From assembly GCA_016929805.1 (NCBI GenBank), contig JAFGIB010000290.1, positions 1 through 52,710 on the forward strand: 52,710 nt of DNA, written 5' to 3'. The position numbers and the translations under genes were made by a program. The notes beneath the pieces are model-generated. The model worked only from the letters and a program-made list of their open reading frames with translations, was not told where the DNA came from and searched no databases. Of this stretch, positions 26,338-36,584 are shown piece by piece (positions within the stretch are counted from its first letter, which is position 1; every line of letters starts with the position of its first letter). Source of the stretch: Deltaproteobacteria bacterium. GTDB lineage: Bacteria > Myxococcota_A > Polyangia > Polyangiales > JAFGIB01.

Positions 26338-28658
26338 GGCGACTCCGTCGCTAACCCATGATTTGCGAGCGCCGCGTATTGAATTCGCTCCAACCAGTCC
26401 CGCGCTTGCTCTCGGTACAGCGCTTCACTCTCCCGCTCGAGCGTCGAGAAAAGCTCCCTCGCTCTACGAAAATCACCTAGCGCGTAACTCGATATGCCCT
26501 CAAGCCGCCGCGCTTCCAGGCTTAATCGTCTGCTCGGCAGCGCGGCCTGATTGGCCAGATGCAATAGCTTCGCCGCGGCTTCGAATCGCTGCCGAAAAAA
26601 GAGTTGCCTGGCCTCGAGATAATACGCCAAACCATCGCTTCTAACCTCTCTAAGCTCCCGCGCCAGGTAAACCGCCGTGACCGAGTCCGCCGCGACGCCG
26701 TCGCTTCCAACCAGAAGCTCGAACAACAGCTCGGCTTGCTCCGCCCCTGCCTCTAACGCTAATAATTTTACCTCGAGTAGCCTGGCCGCGTCGTTTTCGA
26801 GCGGCAACCGCAATAGATCGCGGTAGATCCGCAAGGCTTCGGTATCGCGGCCCAAGCGCCAGTGCGCATCCGCGATTTCTTGTCGCGCCGACGCCAGCAC
26901 CGGCGCCGGAGCCCGGTAATCGATCTGTAGCTTTTTCAACTCTCGCTCCGCCGCATCGAGCTCGCCGTTGCGCGCGAGCGAGCTAACAAGCTGCACGCGC
27001 GCATTCCGATCATTCGGGTCGATACCGAGAATTTCTCGGCACCTTTCAGAGGCTTCATCGTAGCTCTTCGCGGCTCGATCCGCTCCGAGCTGCGAGTGTA
27101 AACGCGCCAGCTTGTGCGGACAGACCGTAGAGAAGACGCTGCCTTGCGCGAATCGAGCCCGAGCGAGTTCCAACGCGGAATCGGGCAATGCGACCTGCAT
27201 GGCGAAGTCGCGCCACTTTTTTTCGAGCTCGTCCAACCCTACCCCGATGGCCGACGCGACATCTCCCGAGGCGTACAGCCTGCGAATCGCTCCCGCGCCG
27301 TATTCGTCCTTGATATAACGAACCAGCGAGCCCGATAAGTTGTACGCTCGCCTCTTGGATTGGCCGAAAAAACCCGCGCCAAACAGCTCTCGCAACCGCG
27401 GGGCCATGCCGATCTCGATCATCGCGCGCGACCATTGGTGCGGCGTCAGCTCGTCTGAATCGCTCCAGGCGGCCGCCACCGCCACCCCTTCGATAAGCGC
27501 CGGATTCGGCCACAATCCGCCGAAACGCCCGGCAATCCGAAACGGCCCGGCGCCGCAATTAGCCGCGACGATATGGGCGATTTCGTGAGCTAAGACCGGA
27601 TGCGGCCAGGCGTGTAATTGAAGATAAACCTGGCTGAGCCATGGCTTGGCGATGTAGGTGGTGTGAGCGCCCATCAACCGCCGTTTTTCCTCCGCGGAAC
27701 GAAAGAAGAAGGCAACCACGGGTTTCTGTTGGCGAACGCCGAACCACTTTTCCATCTGCGCCACGCGAAACTCGCACTCGGCCGCGAGCCGACGCGCTTC
27801 AGCGCGGTCAAGCTCCCTGGGGAAATGGGCGCGACATTTATTTATCTCGATTCGGGTCTCGAGCTGCTGTTCAATCCAGGCTTGCGTGCTGCGGTGACCG
27901 AGCTCAGGTCCGAACCATTGGGCAAGCGCCGCGACGGCGAAGGCCATCAATGCTAGGGATGATAAAAAAATCGATTCCGGGTCGCGGAATCCGGGTTTTA
28001 GTCGCTGCTCGAGCTTATCATAGGAAGAGACAAAGAGCGCGACTAGACCGCATCCCAGGACTAAGCTAACCGCTCGTAGCGTTAATAAAGCCGTCGGAAA
28101 ACCGATGTCTTCGTCGTAAAATGTCCCGGGAAAGAAACCGAAAAAATGACCGTATGCAAAAATAGCCGGCGTTTCGTAGAGACGGCCGAGCGCGATCGCG
28201 TAAGTGGCGAGCGGCAAGGCCACGGCCAGCGCCGTTGCCGCGCGCGAACGCGTGATCAAGCCGCCGATGACAACGCCGGCGAGACTCGAAAGAACCACCG
28301 AAAATACCGGACCGAGAACCATGAACAAAAGCCCTTGAAGCGGGCTGCAATTGCGTATCCTTAAGGAGTTCAGCGCTAAAAGCACCATGGGAATCGCGAC
28401 CACGACAACAGCCGCCCACACCGAAGCACCGAGAAGCCATATCGCACTGACCACTTGTTTTTCGCGTCTACAGCGAACCACCAAACGAGCGCCGATAAGC
28501 GCGGTGAAGGGCGGCAGAACGACGCCTAGAAGTAGAGCGCTTTCGACCCCATGCACGCCGAGCAACGGAACATAAGCGAGGCCGACCGCCACAAGGCCGG
28601 CGATAAACATCGCGAACTTGGTCGAAGTTAAGCTCAAAGCCTCGCGAGTTCGCTTCAC
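26304..28658 (-). CDS. Multi-TM membrane protein with gluzincin (peptidase MA-like) and TPR-like domains
   Basis: About 7 hydrophobic helices, HEIAH plus downstream LIEGVA, helical TPR-like C-terminus. Confidence 0.75.
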   Translation of the reverse strand: MKRTREALSLTSTKFAMFIAGLVAVGLAYVPLLGVHGVESALLLGVVLPPFTALIGARLVVRCRREKQVVSAIWLLGASVWAAVVVVAIPMVLLALNSLRIRNCSPLQGLLFMVLGPVFSVVLSSLAGVVIGGLITRSRAATALAVALPLATYAIALGRLYETPAIFAYGHFFGFFPGTFYDEDIGFPTALLTLRAVSLVLGCGLVALFVSSYDKLEQRLKPGFRDPESIFLSSLALMAFAVAALAQWFGPELGHRSTQAWIEQQLETRIEINKCRAHFPRELDRAEARRLAAECEFRVAQMEKWFGVRQQKPVVAFFFRSAEEKRRLMGAHTTYIAKPWLSQVYLQLHAWPHPVLAHEIAHIVAANCGAGPFRIAGRFGGLWPNPALIEGVAVAAAWSDSDELTPHQWSRAMIEIGMAPRLRELFGAGFFGQSKRRAYNLSGSLVRYIKDEYGAGAIRRLYASGDVASAIGVGLDELEKKWRDFAMQVALPDSALELARARFAQGSVFSTVCPHKLARLHSQLGADRAAKSYDEASERCREILGIDPNDRNARVQLVSSLARNGELDAAERELKKLQIDYRAPAPVLASARQEIADAHWRLGRDTEALRIYRDLLRLPLENDAARLLEVKLLALEAGAEQAELLFELLVGSDGVAADSVTAVYLARELREVRSDGLAYYLEARQLFFRQRFEAAAKLLHLANQAALPSRRLSLEARRLEGISSYALGDFRRARELFSTLERESEALYREQARDWLERIQYAALANHGLATESPRFTPTDLLQR

Positions 28659-28788
28659 GTCGCGTAACCGCGCGAGTCTGAGATGAGCTCGCCCCTCACG
28701 TCGCCGGTGGAAAGAACAATGAAAGAGCGAATTTCAAGTCGAATCCGACCATATTTCGTCGAAACGGCAATCGTTTCGTCTACGAGTG

Positions 28789-31188
28789 TCATATCGATTT
28801 ACCCGAGGTCACCGTGGCGAAGCTCTGAAAAGCCTCACGGTCGACGAAAACAAGCGGTAAGACTTCTTCTATTCGCGAGATGATATGCACTCGCAAATCC
28901 TCGCGAATTTGTTTTGGAACCTCCTCGAGGTCAGGTTGGTTTTGTTTAGGAATGATCACGTCTTTTATCTTACTACGGTGAGCGACCAGGCATTTCTGTT
29001 TGAGACCGTCAACGCGCAGCACGGCGCCGCTCAAAGTGATCTCCCCCGTTACCGCCACATCGGGCCGCACCTCCAATCGGGTGAGCATCGAAAGCAACGA
29101 AACGAAAACCGACAAACCAACCGCGGGGCCGTCCTTGGGAACGCCGCCTTTGGGGACGTGGACGTGAACGTCGATTTTACTCAGGAAATCCTGGTCAAGA
29201 CCGAATTTGTCCGCTCTAGCTCGGATAAAGTCTAACGCCGTTGCAGCCGACTCTTTTAAGACATTTCCGAGCTGACCGGTGAGCGAGACAACTCCCTTTC
29301 CGGGCATCTTTGAGCATTCGACCAGCAACAACTCCCCGCCCGAGGGTGTCCAGGTAAGGGAGGTCGAGAAGCCGGGCGCCAGTTTCGTTTCCGCAACCTC
29401 CATCTGCTGTTTTGGAGGCCCGTTTACTTGTTCGATATAGCTGCGATCAGCTTGAATTTGCACCGAGTCTCCATCGGCGAGACGAACCGCGACGCTGCGA
29501 CAAAGATTGGCGACATATTTTTCAAGCTGCCGAACGCCCGCCTCGTCCGTGTATTCGTCGATAAGATACTCGACGGAGTCATCCGGAATCTCCAGATGAT
29601 CCGGCGTCATACCGTGCTCGGATAGCTGTCGAGGAATCAGAAATTGACGGGCGATCTCCAGCTTCTCGTTTCGCATATACCCCGGAAGCTCAATCACCTC
29701 CATACGGTCTAGAAGCACGAAGGGAATCTTATCCTGTTGGTTGGCGGTGGCGATGAACAAAACCTGCGATAGATCGACGGGGACGTCCAAATAATGATCG
29801 ACAAAAGCGTGATTCTGTTCTGGATCCAACGCTTCCAGCAGGGCGGCGGCCGGATCTCCGCTAAAGCTGACTCCCATCTTGTCAACCTCGTCGAGAACGA
29901 ATACAGGATTGCGCACGTCCGCTTTCCTAAGCCCCGCGACGAGTCGTCCGGGCAACGCGCCGACATATGTCCGCCGATGCCCTCTGATCTCAGCCTCATC
30001 TTGAACCCCACCCAGCGAAATAACCAGATGCTTTCGCCCGAGCGCTCGGCCGATCGAACGTCCCAACGAGCTTTTTCCAACGCCCGGCGGCCCGATAAAA
30101 CAAAGAATAGGACCGCGTTTATCGCGGCGCAGCTTTCTCACCGCCATATACTCGACGATGCGTTGCTTCGCTTTTTCGATTCCGTGATGGTCCTCGTCCA
30201 AAACGCGCTGTACTTCGAATACTTCCAAACGGTCCGGTGTCAGTCGTTTCCACGGGATACTCACCAGCCAGCTAACATATTCGTACGCCACTTGATACTC
30301 GGAGCCGTGCGGGTTCATGCTGTTCATCCGCGACAACTCTCGCTTCGCCGCCTTCTCGACCTCAAGAGGCGGTTCCGCCTTGGTGAGTTTCTCTTGCAGC
30401 GCGTCGATCTCGTCGTCTTCTCCCTCGCCGTCCCCCAGCTCCCTGCGAATCGCTCGAAGCTGCTGCCGCAAGAGTAACTCCCTTTGAGAACCCGTGATTC
30501 CCTCCTGAACAATGGTCGCCACTTCTTGCTTGACGCGATGGATAGCGGACTGGCGTTTGATGAGCTCCAGCACCGTGCGCAATCGTTCGCGTAGATCCAA
30601 CGTCTCGAGAATCTGCTGTTTCTGTTCGGTCGAAATCGGCAAATTCGACGCGATAAGGTCGGCCAAAGCGCCCGCGTCCTGAACATTATCGAGCACGGCT
30701 CCGACTTCCTGGGGGGGTTGGGGAAGCAGTACAATTAGCTCGCGTGCGGACTCGCGAATCAGCGCGGTTAGCGCGTTGATCTCCTCGTCTCGAATATTCT
30801 TTTCGTATATACGTTCTACGCGAGCATAAAGGCACGGTTCGGAAGAGAGCGGCTCGATGACCTGCATACGCGCGATTCCCTGGAGAACCACGCTGAAATT
30901 GCCCGAGCTAAGTCTGATCGTCTTCAAGATTCGCGCGATCGTTCCGATGCGAAAAAGCGCGTCGAATTTCGGATCCTCGGTCTCCGGTTGATGTTGAGTC
31001 AAAACGCCAATCGTCGGTCGATCCATAGTCGAGACCTCTTCGATCAAGAAAACGGATCGTTTTCGACCCACGTTTACCGGAAAGACCGATGCCGGAAATA
31101 GGACCGAATTACGCAGCGCCATAATCGGTAGCGCATCCAGGCAATCAGGCGGAATACTGAGGTATTTTGGAGTTGTCGTTTCGTTCAC
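28789..31188 (-). CDS. lon: Lon (LonA) AAA+ protein, catalytic Ser replaced by Ala
   Basis: N-domain LPIMALRNSVLFP, Walker A GPPGVGKS, RGHRRTYVGA, Walker B LDEVDK; protease motif reads KDGPAVG. Confidence 0.95.
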   Translation of the reverse strand: MNETTTPKYLSIPPDCLDALPIMALRNSVLFPASVFPVNVGRKRSVFLIEEVSTMDRPTIGVLTQHQPETEDPKFDALFRIGTIARILKTIRLSSGNFSVVLQGIARMQVIEPLSSEPCLYARVERIYEKNIRDEEINALTALIRESARELIVLLPQPPQEVGAVLDNVQDAGALADLIASNLPISTEQKQQILETLDLRERLRTVLELIKRQSAIHRVKQEVATIVQEGITGSQRELLLRQQLRAIRRELGDGEGEDDEIDALQEKLTKAEPPLEVEKAAKRELSRMNSMNPHGSEYQVAYEYVSWLVSIPWKRLTPDRLEVFEVQRVLDEDHHGIEKAKQRIVEYMAVRKLRRDKRGPILCFIGPPGVGKSSLGRSIGRALGRKHLVISLGGVQDEAEIRGHRRTYVGALPGRLVAGLRKADVRNPVFVLDEVDKMGVSFSGDPAAALLEALDPEQNHAFVDHYLDVPVDLSQVLFIATANQQDKIPFVLLDRMEVIELPGYMRNEKLEIARQFLIPRQLSEHGMTPDHLEIPDDSVEYLIDEYTDEAGVRQLEKYVANLCRSVAVRLADGDSVQIQADRSYIEQVNGPPKQQMEVAETKLAPGFSTSLTWTPSGGELLLVECSKMPGKGVVSLTGQLGNVLKESAATALDFIRARADKFGLDQDFLSKIDVHVHVPKGGVPKDGPAVGLSVFVSLLSMLTRLEVRPDVAVTGEITLSGAVLRVDGLKQKCLVAHRSKIKDVIIPKQNQPDLEEVPKQIREDLRVHIISRIEEVLPLVFVDREAFQSFATVTSGKSI

Positions 31189-31337
31189 TTTAAGCTAACC
31201 CACGAAGCTCGACTCTATCTTAGCCAGCCGATAAAAGGGATGCCAGCTCTCACAATTGTAAAAAAACCTACAAACTTTTGACCTTTTCTACTCGTTTCGT
31301 AACATGGAACATAGGGCAAGGAAAATTAGGAGAATCT

Positions 31338-31490
31338 ATGAACAAGATCGCAAGCTCTACCAACGTAATCGCTCTTTTATTATCAATGACTGGTTGTAGT
31401 GGAGCGGTTTGGGGAAACCTTGCGATATTCGCCGTGAGTATTGGAATTTTTCTGGGAACGCTCTTTTTACACAAGCCTTCGTCCCAATAA
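31338..31490 (+). CDS. 50-aa small membrane lipoprotein-like protein
   Basis: AGGAGA RBS before ATG 31338; LLLSMTGC lipobox; second hydrophobic helix. Confidence 0.6.
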   Translation: MNKIASSTNVIALLLSMTGCSGAVWGNLAIFAVSIGIFLGTLFLHKPSSQ

Positions 31491-31605
31491 CCCTTAACTT
31501 TGCAAAAAATCCGTCGGCGTAAACCGCTTCGCTCGCGAAAAACAGCGCGAACTAATTCATCGCTTTTTTCGCGTGTCCGCTCGACGTTTTTTCCTACGCT
31601 AAGAT
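31491..31605 (+). mobile_element. Family A element lacking the inner hairpin
   Basis: Aligns to both ends of 34285-34475; TIRs degenerate. Confidence 0.85.
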
Positions 31606-31662
31606 AACGCCAGCGTACTCCATAAGCGCTATTAATAGAAACCACGCGATATGGATATAAGT

Positions 31663-33948
31663 CTACTTGGTAAAATCGCGACTAATCTCGGTTGTCTCAC
31701 CGGCGTTGATCGTTATCTTTTCGATATGAAGCTTATCGTCAGGCGTTCGTAAGCCGACATTATAGGTCCCCGCCCGAATCGGAAACGAAACGATCGGTGT
31801 GATTCGTCCTGTATCTTTGTCGTCGATAAAGACTCGCGCCCACGGAACCGAGTTTATCGATAGCATGCCCAGCTCATTTGCCTGGGAAGTAACGCGTGAC
31901 TTTTCTTTTTCCCGAGCATCCGAGGCGGTGAGATCGTCCGTAACCTTAACAGCGCTCGTCGAAATCTTCGGTTCCGTGCTTACCAGCGAGAACTCGAGAA
32001 TCGCGGTCGCGTTCTTCGTGAGATCCACTTGACGGGCGATTGGACGGTATCCTTCCGCGCGAATCTCAAGCGTTCGTTTTCCCACCGGAACGCCATCCAT
32101 TCTCATCGGCGTTCGACCGCGCTCTATGCCATCGAGCATTACGGTCGCCGGTATCGCCGGGGTTGTACGAATGACGATCGAACCGGTAGACGGTTGCCGC
32201 AATAGCTGCATGTAGATGAACATCGTAACCGCGATCGTGATCAAACCGACGCAGAGGCTGAGCGCCCAACCGGATTTCCACCACGGGGTAGAAGAAAGCT
32301 GCATCTGCACCGTTGGAATCCTCGCCTGCCGAACGCGGGGAGCGGCCGGTGCCGGCATGTAGCGCGCCTGGTACTGCGCAGGCGCCTGTCTTAGTATCTG
32401 GTACTGGGCACCGGGGGCTCGCTGGATCGCCGCGGGCTGAATGAAGGATACGGCAGGGCCTTCGGATTTGTCGCGGTCGCGGTAAAGCTCGTCGAGACCA
32501 ATCTCTTCTTCCTTGTTGAAGAAAATCTCCGTGGCGTCCTCGTCGAACTCGGTCTCGTATTTGAAAGCAGGAGCAAACAAGCCTTTCTCAGGTGGAACAA
32601 AACCCTCCTGCTCCTCGCTCGTATCGTTAATAACGGTGGGTTGGCTGCTGAAACGGTGCGCTGCGCTCTCGGCGCGCTCCTCGACCGGTGGATTCTTCAT
32701 ATCGTCGAGCTCTTCGATCTCCTCGTCGAGCTCCTTGAGATCCGCGCTCGGTTTGGCGAGCGAAGGAACTTTCGGCGGTGGAGGGATAGTGGGGACTTCG
32801 GAAGAATCCCGGCTGATGTCAACCCGAGAAACCGAGCGCATTCTATTTATGACCTCGGCGCGGGTAATCGCCGCCGCTCCCATGGGAGACGAGAAAAAGC
32901 GCCTGCGCTCAGCGATGATATTTGGATTTTTACTCGCTTCTAGTAACTCGTTAAGGCGCGCCTGTTCCGCCTCTTTTTCGGTTTCGAAAATCTCTTCCAT
33001 CCACGTGGAGAGCTGGCGCACTCCGAATCCTGGATGTTCCGCTGAAAGGTACGATTGCAGCGCGGTATTCATCTCATCCGCGGATTGCCAACGGTCGTCC
33101 GGTTCGCGCTCCAGCGCCCGCATGAGTATCATTTCGAGCTCTTCAGGCGGATCCTCGAGTAGCGCTGAAGGAGGCGGAACCGACGCTTGACTTACCAATT
33201 TGAGAACCGCGACGTCGTTGTTACCTGCAAACAGTTGCTTGGAGGTAACCATTTCGTATAGACAAACGCCGACGCCGAAAATATCGGAGCGAGCGTCTAG
33301 CCTTTTGCCTTTGACCATTTCCGGGCTCATGTAGCTCAGCTTCTTCTTCAGCGCGTCGACATTGGTCTGCTGCGCTTGTCCGACCGCTTTGGCAACCCCG
33401 AAATCGATCAGCTTTACGTCCCCTTCATAGCTGATCAAAATATTCGCTGGCGATAAATCTCGGTGAATAAAGCCGATTTGCTCTCCCTGTAGATTCTTTA
33501 AGTTGTGGGCGTAATCGAGCGCCTCGCACATCTTACTCGCCATCCACGCCGCCACCGAGGGCGGCATGTGTATGCCCTTTTTGATCAAGGTTTGATTGAT
33601 TCTGCCGAGATCTTTGCCGATGATACATTCCATCGCCATGTACATCGACTCGCCCACTTTTCCGAGCTCGAAGATGGGGCAGATGTTGGTATGGGTCAGG
33701 CGCGCCGCGGTCTTGGCTTCTTGGATAAAGGTACTGATAAATTCTTGGTCCCCGGCCATATGGGGCAAGATCCGCTTGAGCGCGGCGAGTCGCTCGAATC
33801 CCGCCTCGCCGTAGGCAATGCCGCGATAAACCGCAGCGGTCGCCCCGATACTTATTCGGTCTAAAAGGAGGTATTTTCCGAAGGGAATTAGCTCATTCGC
33901 CGACCAGCGGCTGTGCTCCTGTGCGGTTTGGTTTGGTAGGTTAATCAT
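31663..33948 (-). CDS. Hanks-type Ser/Thr kinase with TM helix and PEGA domains
   Basis: AALKRIL, HRDLSPAN, DFGVAK, YMSPE, DIFGVG; TM helix; two PEGA-like repeats. Confidence 0.92.
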   Translation of the reverse strand: MINLPNQTAQEHSRWSANELIPFGKYLLLDRISIGATAAVYRGIAYGEAGFERLAALKRILPHMAGDQEFISTFIQEAKTAARLTHTNICPIFELGKVGESMYMAMECIIGKDLGRINQTLIKKGIHMPPSVAAWMASKMCEALDYAHNLKNLQGEQIGFIHRDLSPANILISYEGDVKLIDFGVAKAVGQAQQTNVDALKKKLSYMSPEMVKGKRLDARSDIFGVGVCLYEMVTSKQLFAGNNDVAVLKLVSQASVPPPSALLEDPPEELEMILMRALEREPDDRWQSADEMNTALQSYLSAEHPGFGVRQLSTWMEEIFETEKEAEQARLNELLEASKNPNIIAERRRFFSSPMGAAAITRAEVINRMRSVSRVDISRDSSEVPTIPPPPKVPSLAKPSADLKELDEEIEELDDMKNPPVEERAESAAHRFSSQPTVINDTSEEQEGFVPPEKGLFAPAFKYETEFDEDATEIFFNKEEEIGLDELYRDRDKSEGPAVSFIQPAAIQRAPGAQYQILRQAPAQYQARYMPAPAAPRVRQARIPTVQMQLSSTPWWKSGWALSLCVGLITIAVTMFIYMQLLRQPSTGSIVIRTTPAIPATVMLDGIERGRTPMRMDGVPVGKRTLEIRAEGYRPIARQVDLTKNATAILEFSLVSTEPKISTSAVKVTDDLTASDAREKEKSRVTSQANELGMLSINSVPWARVFIDDKDTGRITPIVSFPIRAGTYNVGLRTPDDKLHIEKITINAGETTEISRDFTK

Positions 33949-34284
33949 ACTTCAACACAGAATCCGATAAGCGAGATGAAAGTTGCTTACACGAGAACAC
34001 CTGTCGGACATAGTAATTTATCCCAATCGATTCAGCAATCCGTATTGACCGCGGGGACGCTTATAATTCCATATACCGCCTAAAGATAGATAGCAAGAAA
34101 GGACCGGCGAATCCCCGCGTTTTCTTTCGAATTTCAGTCAAAGCGCGCGGCGCCGGAAGCTTCGTAAAAAATCGCCTCAGCTTGATTCGCGTCTCCCGCG
34201 TTGACGAAAGCGCGGCGACTTAAGGCGACTGTCGGAAATGACTTTACCGCTCGCGGCCGCATCCGCGGCCTATTTCCTATGTAA

Positions 34285-34475
34285 ACCTTGACGTTGCAAA
34301 AAATCCGTCGGCGTAAACCGCTTCGCTCGCGAAAAATAGCGCGAACTAGGGGCGTGCTCAACTTTTTTGGACCTCACTTAGGGTGCACTAAGCTGCGGTT
34401 CAAAAAAAGTTCCGCGCGCCCTTATTTCATCGCTTTTTTCGCGTGTCCGTTCGACGTTTTTTGCAACGTTAAGGT
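34285..34475 (+). mobile_element. Family A MITE-like element, longest copy (191 bp)
   Basis: 19-bp TIR (18/19) with nested inner inverted repeats. Confidence 0.9.
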
Positions 34476-34571
34476 AAAATTTTCGCAATAGCGCGGCTAT
34501 CGCCGCGGTTTTTCCGCGGTCACTCTTCCCGCGGTCGCGCCCGGTTGTGGCAAGGTTATTTATACAGCCTG

Positions 34572-36443
34572 CTAAGGATAGGTTTCATCGCGGGCGGTGA
34601 TAGAGTAGATCGAGCCGGAGTCGCTACCGCCCACGGGCGTTAGTTCGCAATCCACGTCCGCATCCTGGATCGCGATATCCACGACACGCCACATTTCCCC
34701 TGGTGTATCGAACCCTTGCAACGCGCTAAATTGTGGCTGGTCTTGCAGAGCGCGATCGGGCAATCCGCCGTAACTTCCTCGAAGCGCACCGTTGCAATAG
34801 ACGTTCACCAGTGGATGGGTTTCGATAGTCGGCAGTGGCACCCCGCTATCCGAAGTAATAGCGTCCGCCTTGATATTCGCGTAATACTCGACCATCACCC
34901 TGAACCTATCACCCGCTCGCGGATTATCGAGGTTAATGTTCTCGGTAACGTATTTCGACGCGGTCATATTTTTATTGTCGATATCGAGCCGGGGATTGGG
35001 ACAGTATTGCAGGAACTCGTGGTAGGCTTGATAGTTCGGCGCGTTTTCTCCGGTACAGCTTTCGAGATCAGTCGTGTTCTCGTAATCCCAAGGAGTATCA
35101 TCGCCGCGACAGGTTCTCTGATAGCAATCGGATTCTTCAAACCACGCAGCGGTGCCCGGTGTCCTGCCCAAATGCAGGTCGAGATCAACTCCTTCGCCGT
35201 TTCGCGTCGCGACATCTCCGGTTTTGTCCCAGCACAATTCCACGCGTAAGCCGGGAGCGCTGACGGACATAACCCAGGTACAACTAAAAGCGCTTTTGCC
35301 GTCTCTCTCTACCGTAAGCTTTACTTGGTACGCTCCGCTTAAGGAAAAGCTCACGATCGCGTTGCGTTGGTTCTCGCCCTCCAACTTGTAGCTCAAGGTT
35401 CCGCTCGAGGAGGTCGCGTTCGCGTCGATCGACTGAAAAAGCCTGTCGCAAGGCGAACCGGTAACCTCCCAGTGCCACTCGGTCGCGTCGTCTTTGTAGT
35501 AAAAATCCTCTCCGTTCAACCCATAGGTGGTAAAGGGCCGCGCTTTCGGCACCCGCGAATCGTCTCGCGTCGGACATTCGCCCTCGGGCACACAATCAGG
35601 AACCTCGTCGATACAACCGTTGCAGTCGTTATCCAGACCGTCGCATACCTCCTGGGAAGGCGATATGCTCTGCTCGCAGGGACCCCACCAAAAGGTAAAC
35701 TCCTGCACATACTGACAGACTTGGATACCGGACCTGCAAGCGCCTTGGCCGGCTCGGCTCGGCGGGCCTAAAAAGCAGGATTGGATCTTTCCGGCCACCT
35801 CGCAATCGCACTTCTCGTCCACCAGCCCGTCACAGTCGTTATCCAGACCGTCGCATAAACCGCCGACGTAACCTTCCTGGATATCCTCGAGACAACGCAC
35901 CGCGATCGGCGAACAAGAGTCTAAAGCTATCGGTCCGGCGTCACCCGGATCATACGCACCCTGACCGTCCTGCAGATCCGGAAAGGCCGTATCTTTTGAA
36001 ACATCGGGGACTATCGCGTCGAAGCCTCCCGCCTCCGGGAGTGGTGTATACGGCATCCTCGGGTTGAGATATCCGCAACCGATAAAGGTTCTCGGCCCGC
36101 AGGGCTCGGTTTTCAAATCATCGTCGCCCGCTTCTTCGATGTCCGGAACGCCGTCTCCGTCCGAGTCCTCATCCAGATAGTCCGGCGTACCGTCGTCATC
36201 GGTATCGCGCTCCTTACCCGTGCTATATACGCATGTGCTATCTTCAACTACACCCTCATGCTGATCACAGATAGTGTCGCAATCACAGTCTCTACAAACA
36301 TCCGTTTGCTGGCACGACTTTTCTTTCTCGTCGGCTTCGTCTTCTTTTTCCGCGCACCCCGAAGCGACCACCGCACACGCAGCGAGAACCGGCATCGCTA
36401 AACGAAGAAGGCTTCTTTTCCGTGTCATCGTCGATCGCCTCAA
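34572..36443 (-). CDS. Myxobacterial Cys/Asp-rich lipoprotein (CDGLDNDC motifs, YfaP-like C-terminus)
   Basis: Lipobox ASGC; DTDDDGTPDYLDEDSDGDG; two CDGLDNDC; DLDLHL..PRLDID..ENI. Confidence 0.75.
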   Translation of the reverse strand: MRRSTMTRKRSLLRLAMPVLAACAVVASGCAEKEDEADEKEKSCQQTDVCRDCDCDTICDQHEGVVEDSTCVYSTGKERDTDDDGTPDYLDEDSDGDGVPDIEEAGDDDLKTEPCGPRTFIGCGYLNPRMPYTPLPEAGGFDAIVPDVSKDTAFPDLQDGQGAYDPGDAGPIALDSCSPIAVRCLEDIQEGYVGGLCDGLDNDCDGLVDEKCDCEVAGKIQSCFLGPPSRAGQGACRSGIQVCQYVQEFTFWWGPCEQSISPSQEVCDGLDNDCNGCIDEVPDCVPEGECPTRDDSRVPKARPFTTYGLNGEDFYYKDDATEWHWEVTGSPCDRLFQSIDANATSSSGTLSYKLEGENQRNAIVSFSLSGAYQVKLTVERDGKSAFSCTWVMSVSAPGLRVELCWDKTGDVATRNGEGVDLDLHLGRTPGTAAWFEESDCYQRTCRGDDTPWDYENTTDLESCTGENAPNYQAYHEFLQYCPNPRLDIDNKNMTASKYVTENINLDNPRAGDRFRVMVEYYANIKADAITSDSGVPLPTIETHPLVNVYCNGALRGSYGGLPDRALQDQPQFSALQGFDTPGEMWRVVDIAIQDADVDCELTPVGGSDSGSIYSITARDETYP

Positions 36444-36584
36444 GCTGTTTCAATAAGTAAATCGGTCGGTTCCACCTCTCGATGAAGGATTTGGAAGTAC
36501 GCAGGCGCGGAAAGGTGTACCGAGCGGCATACATCAGCGTTCATTTCTCGCCATCGCAGGTCGAGCGCAGACGGGACCGGCTCG

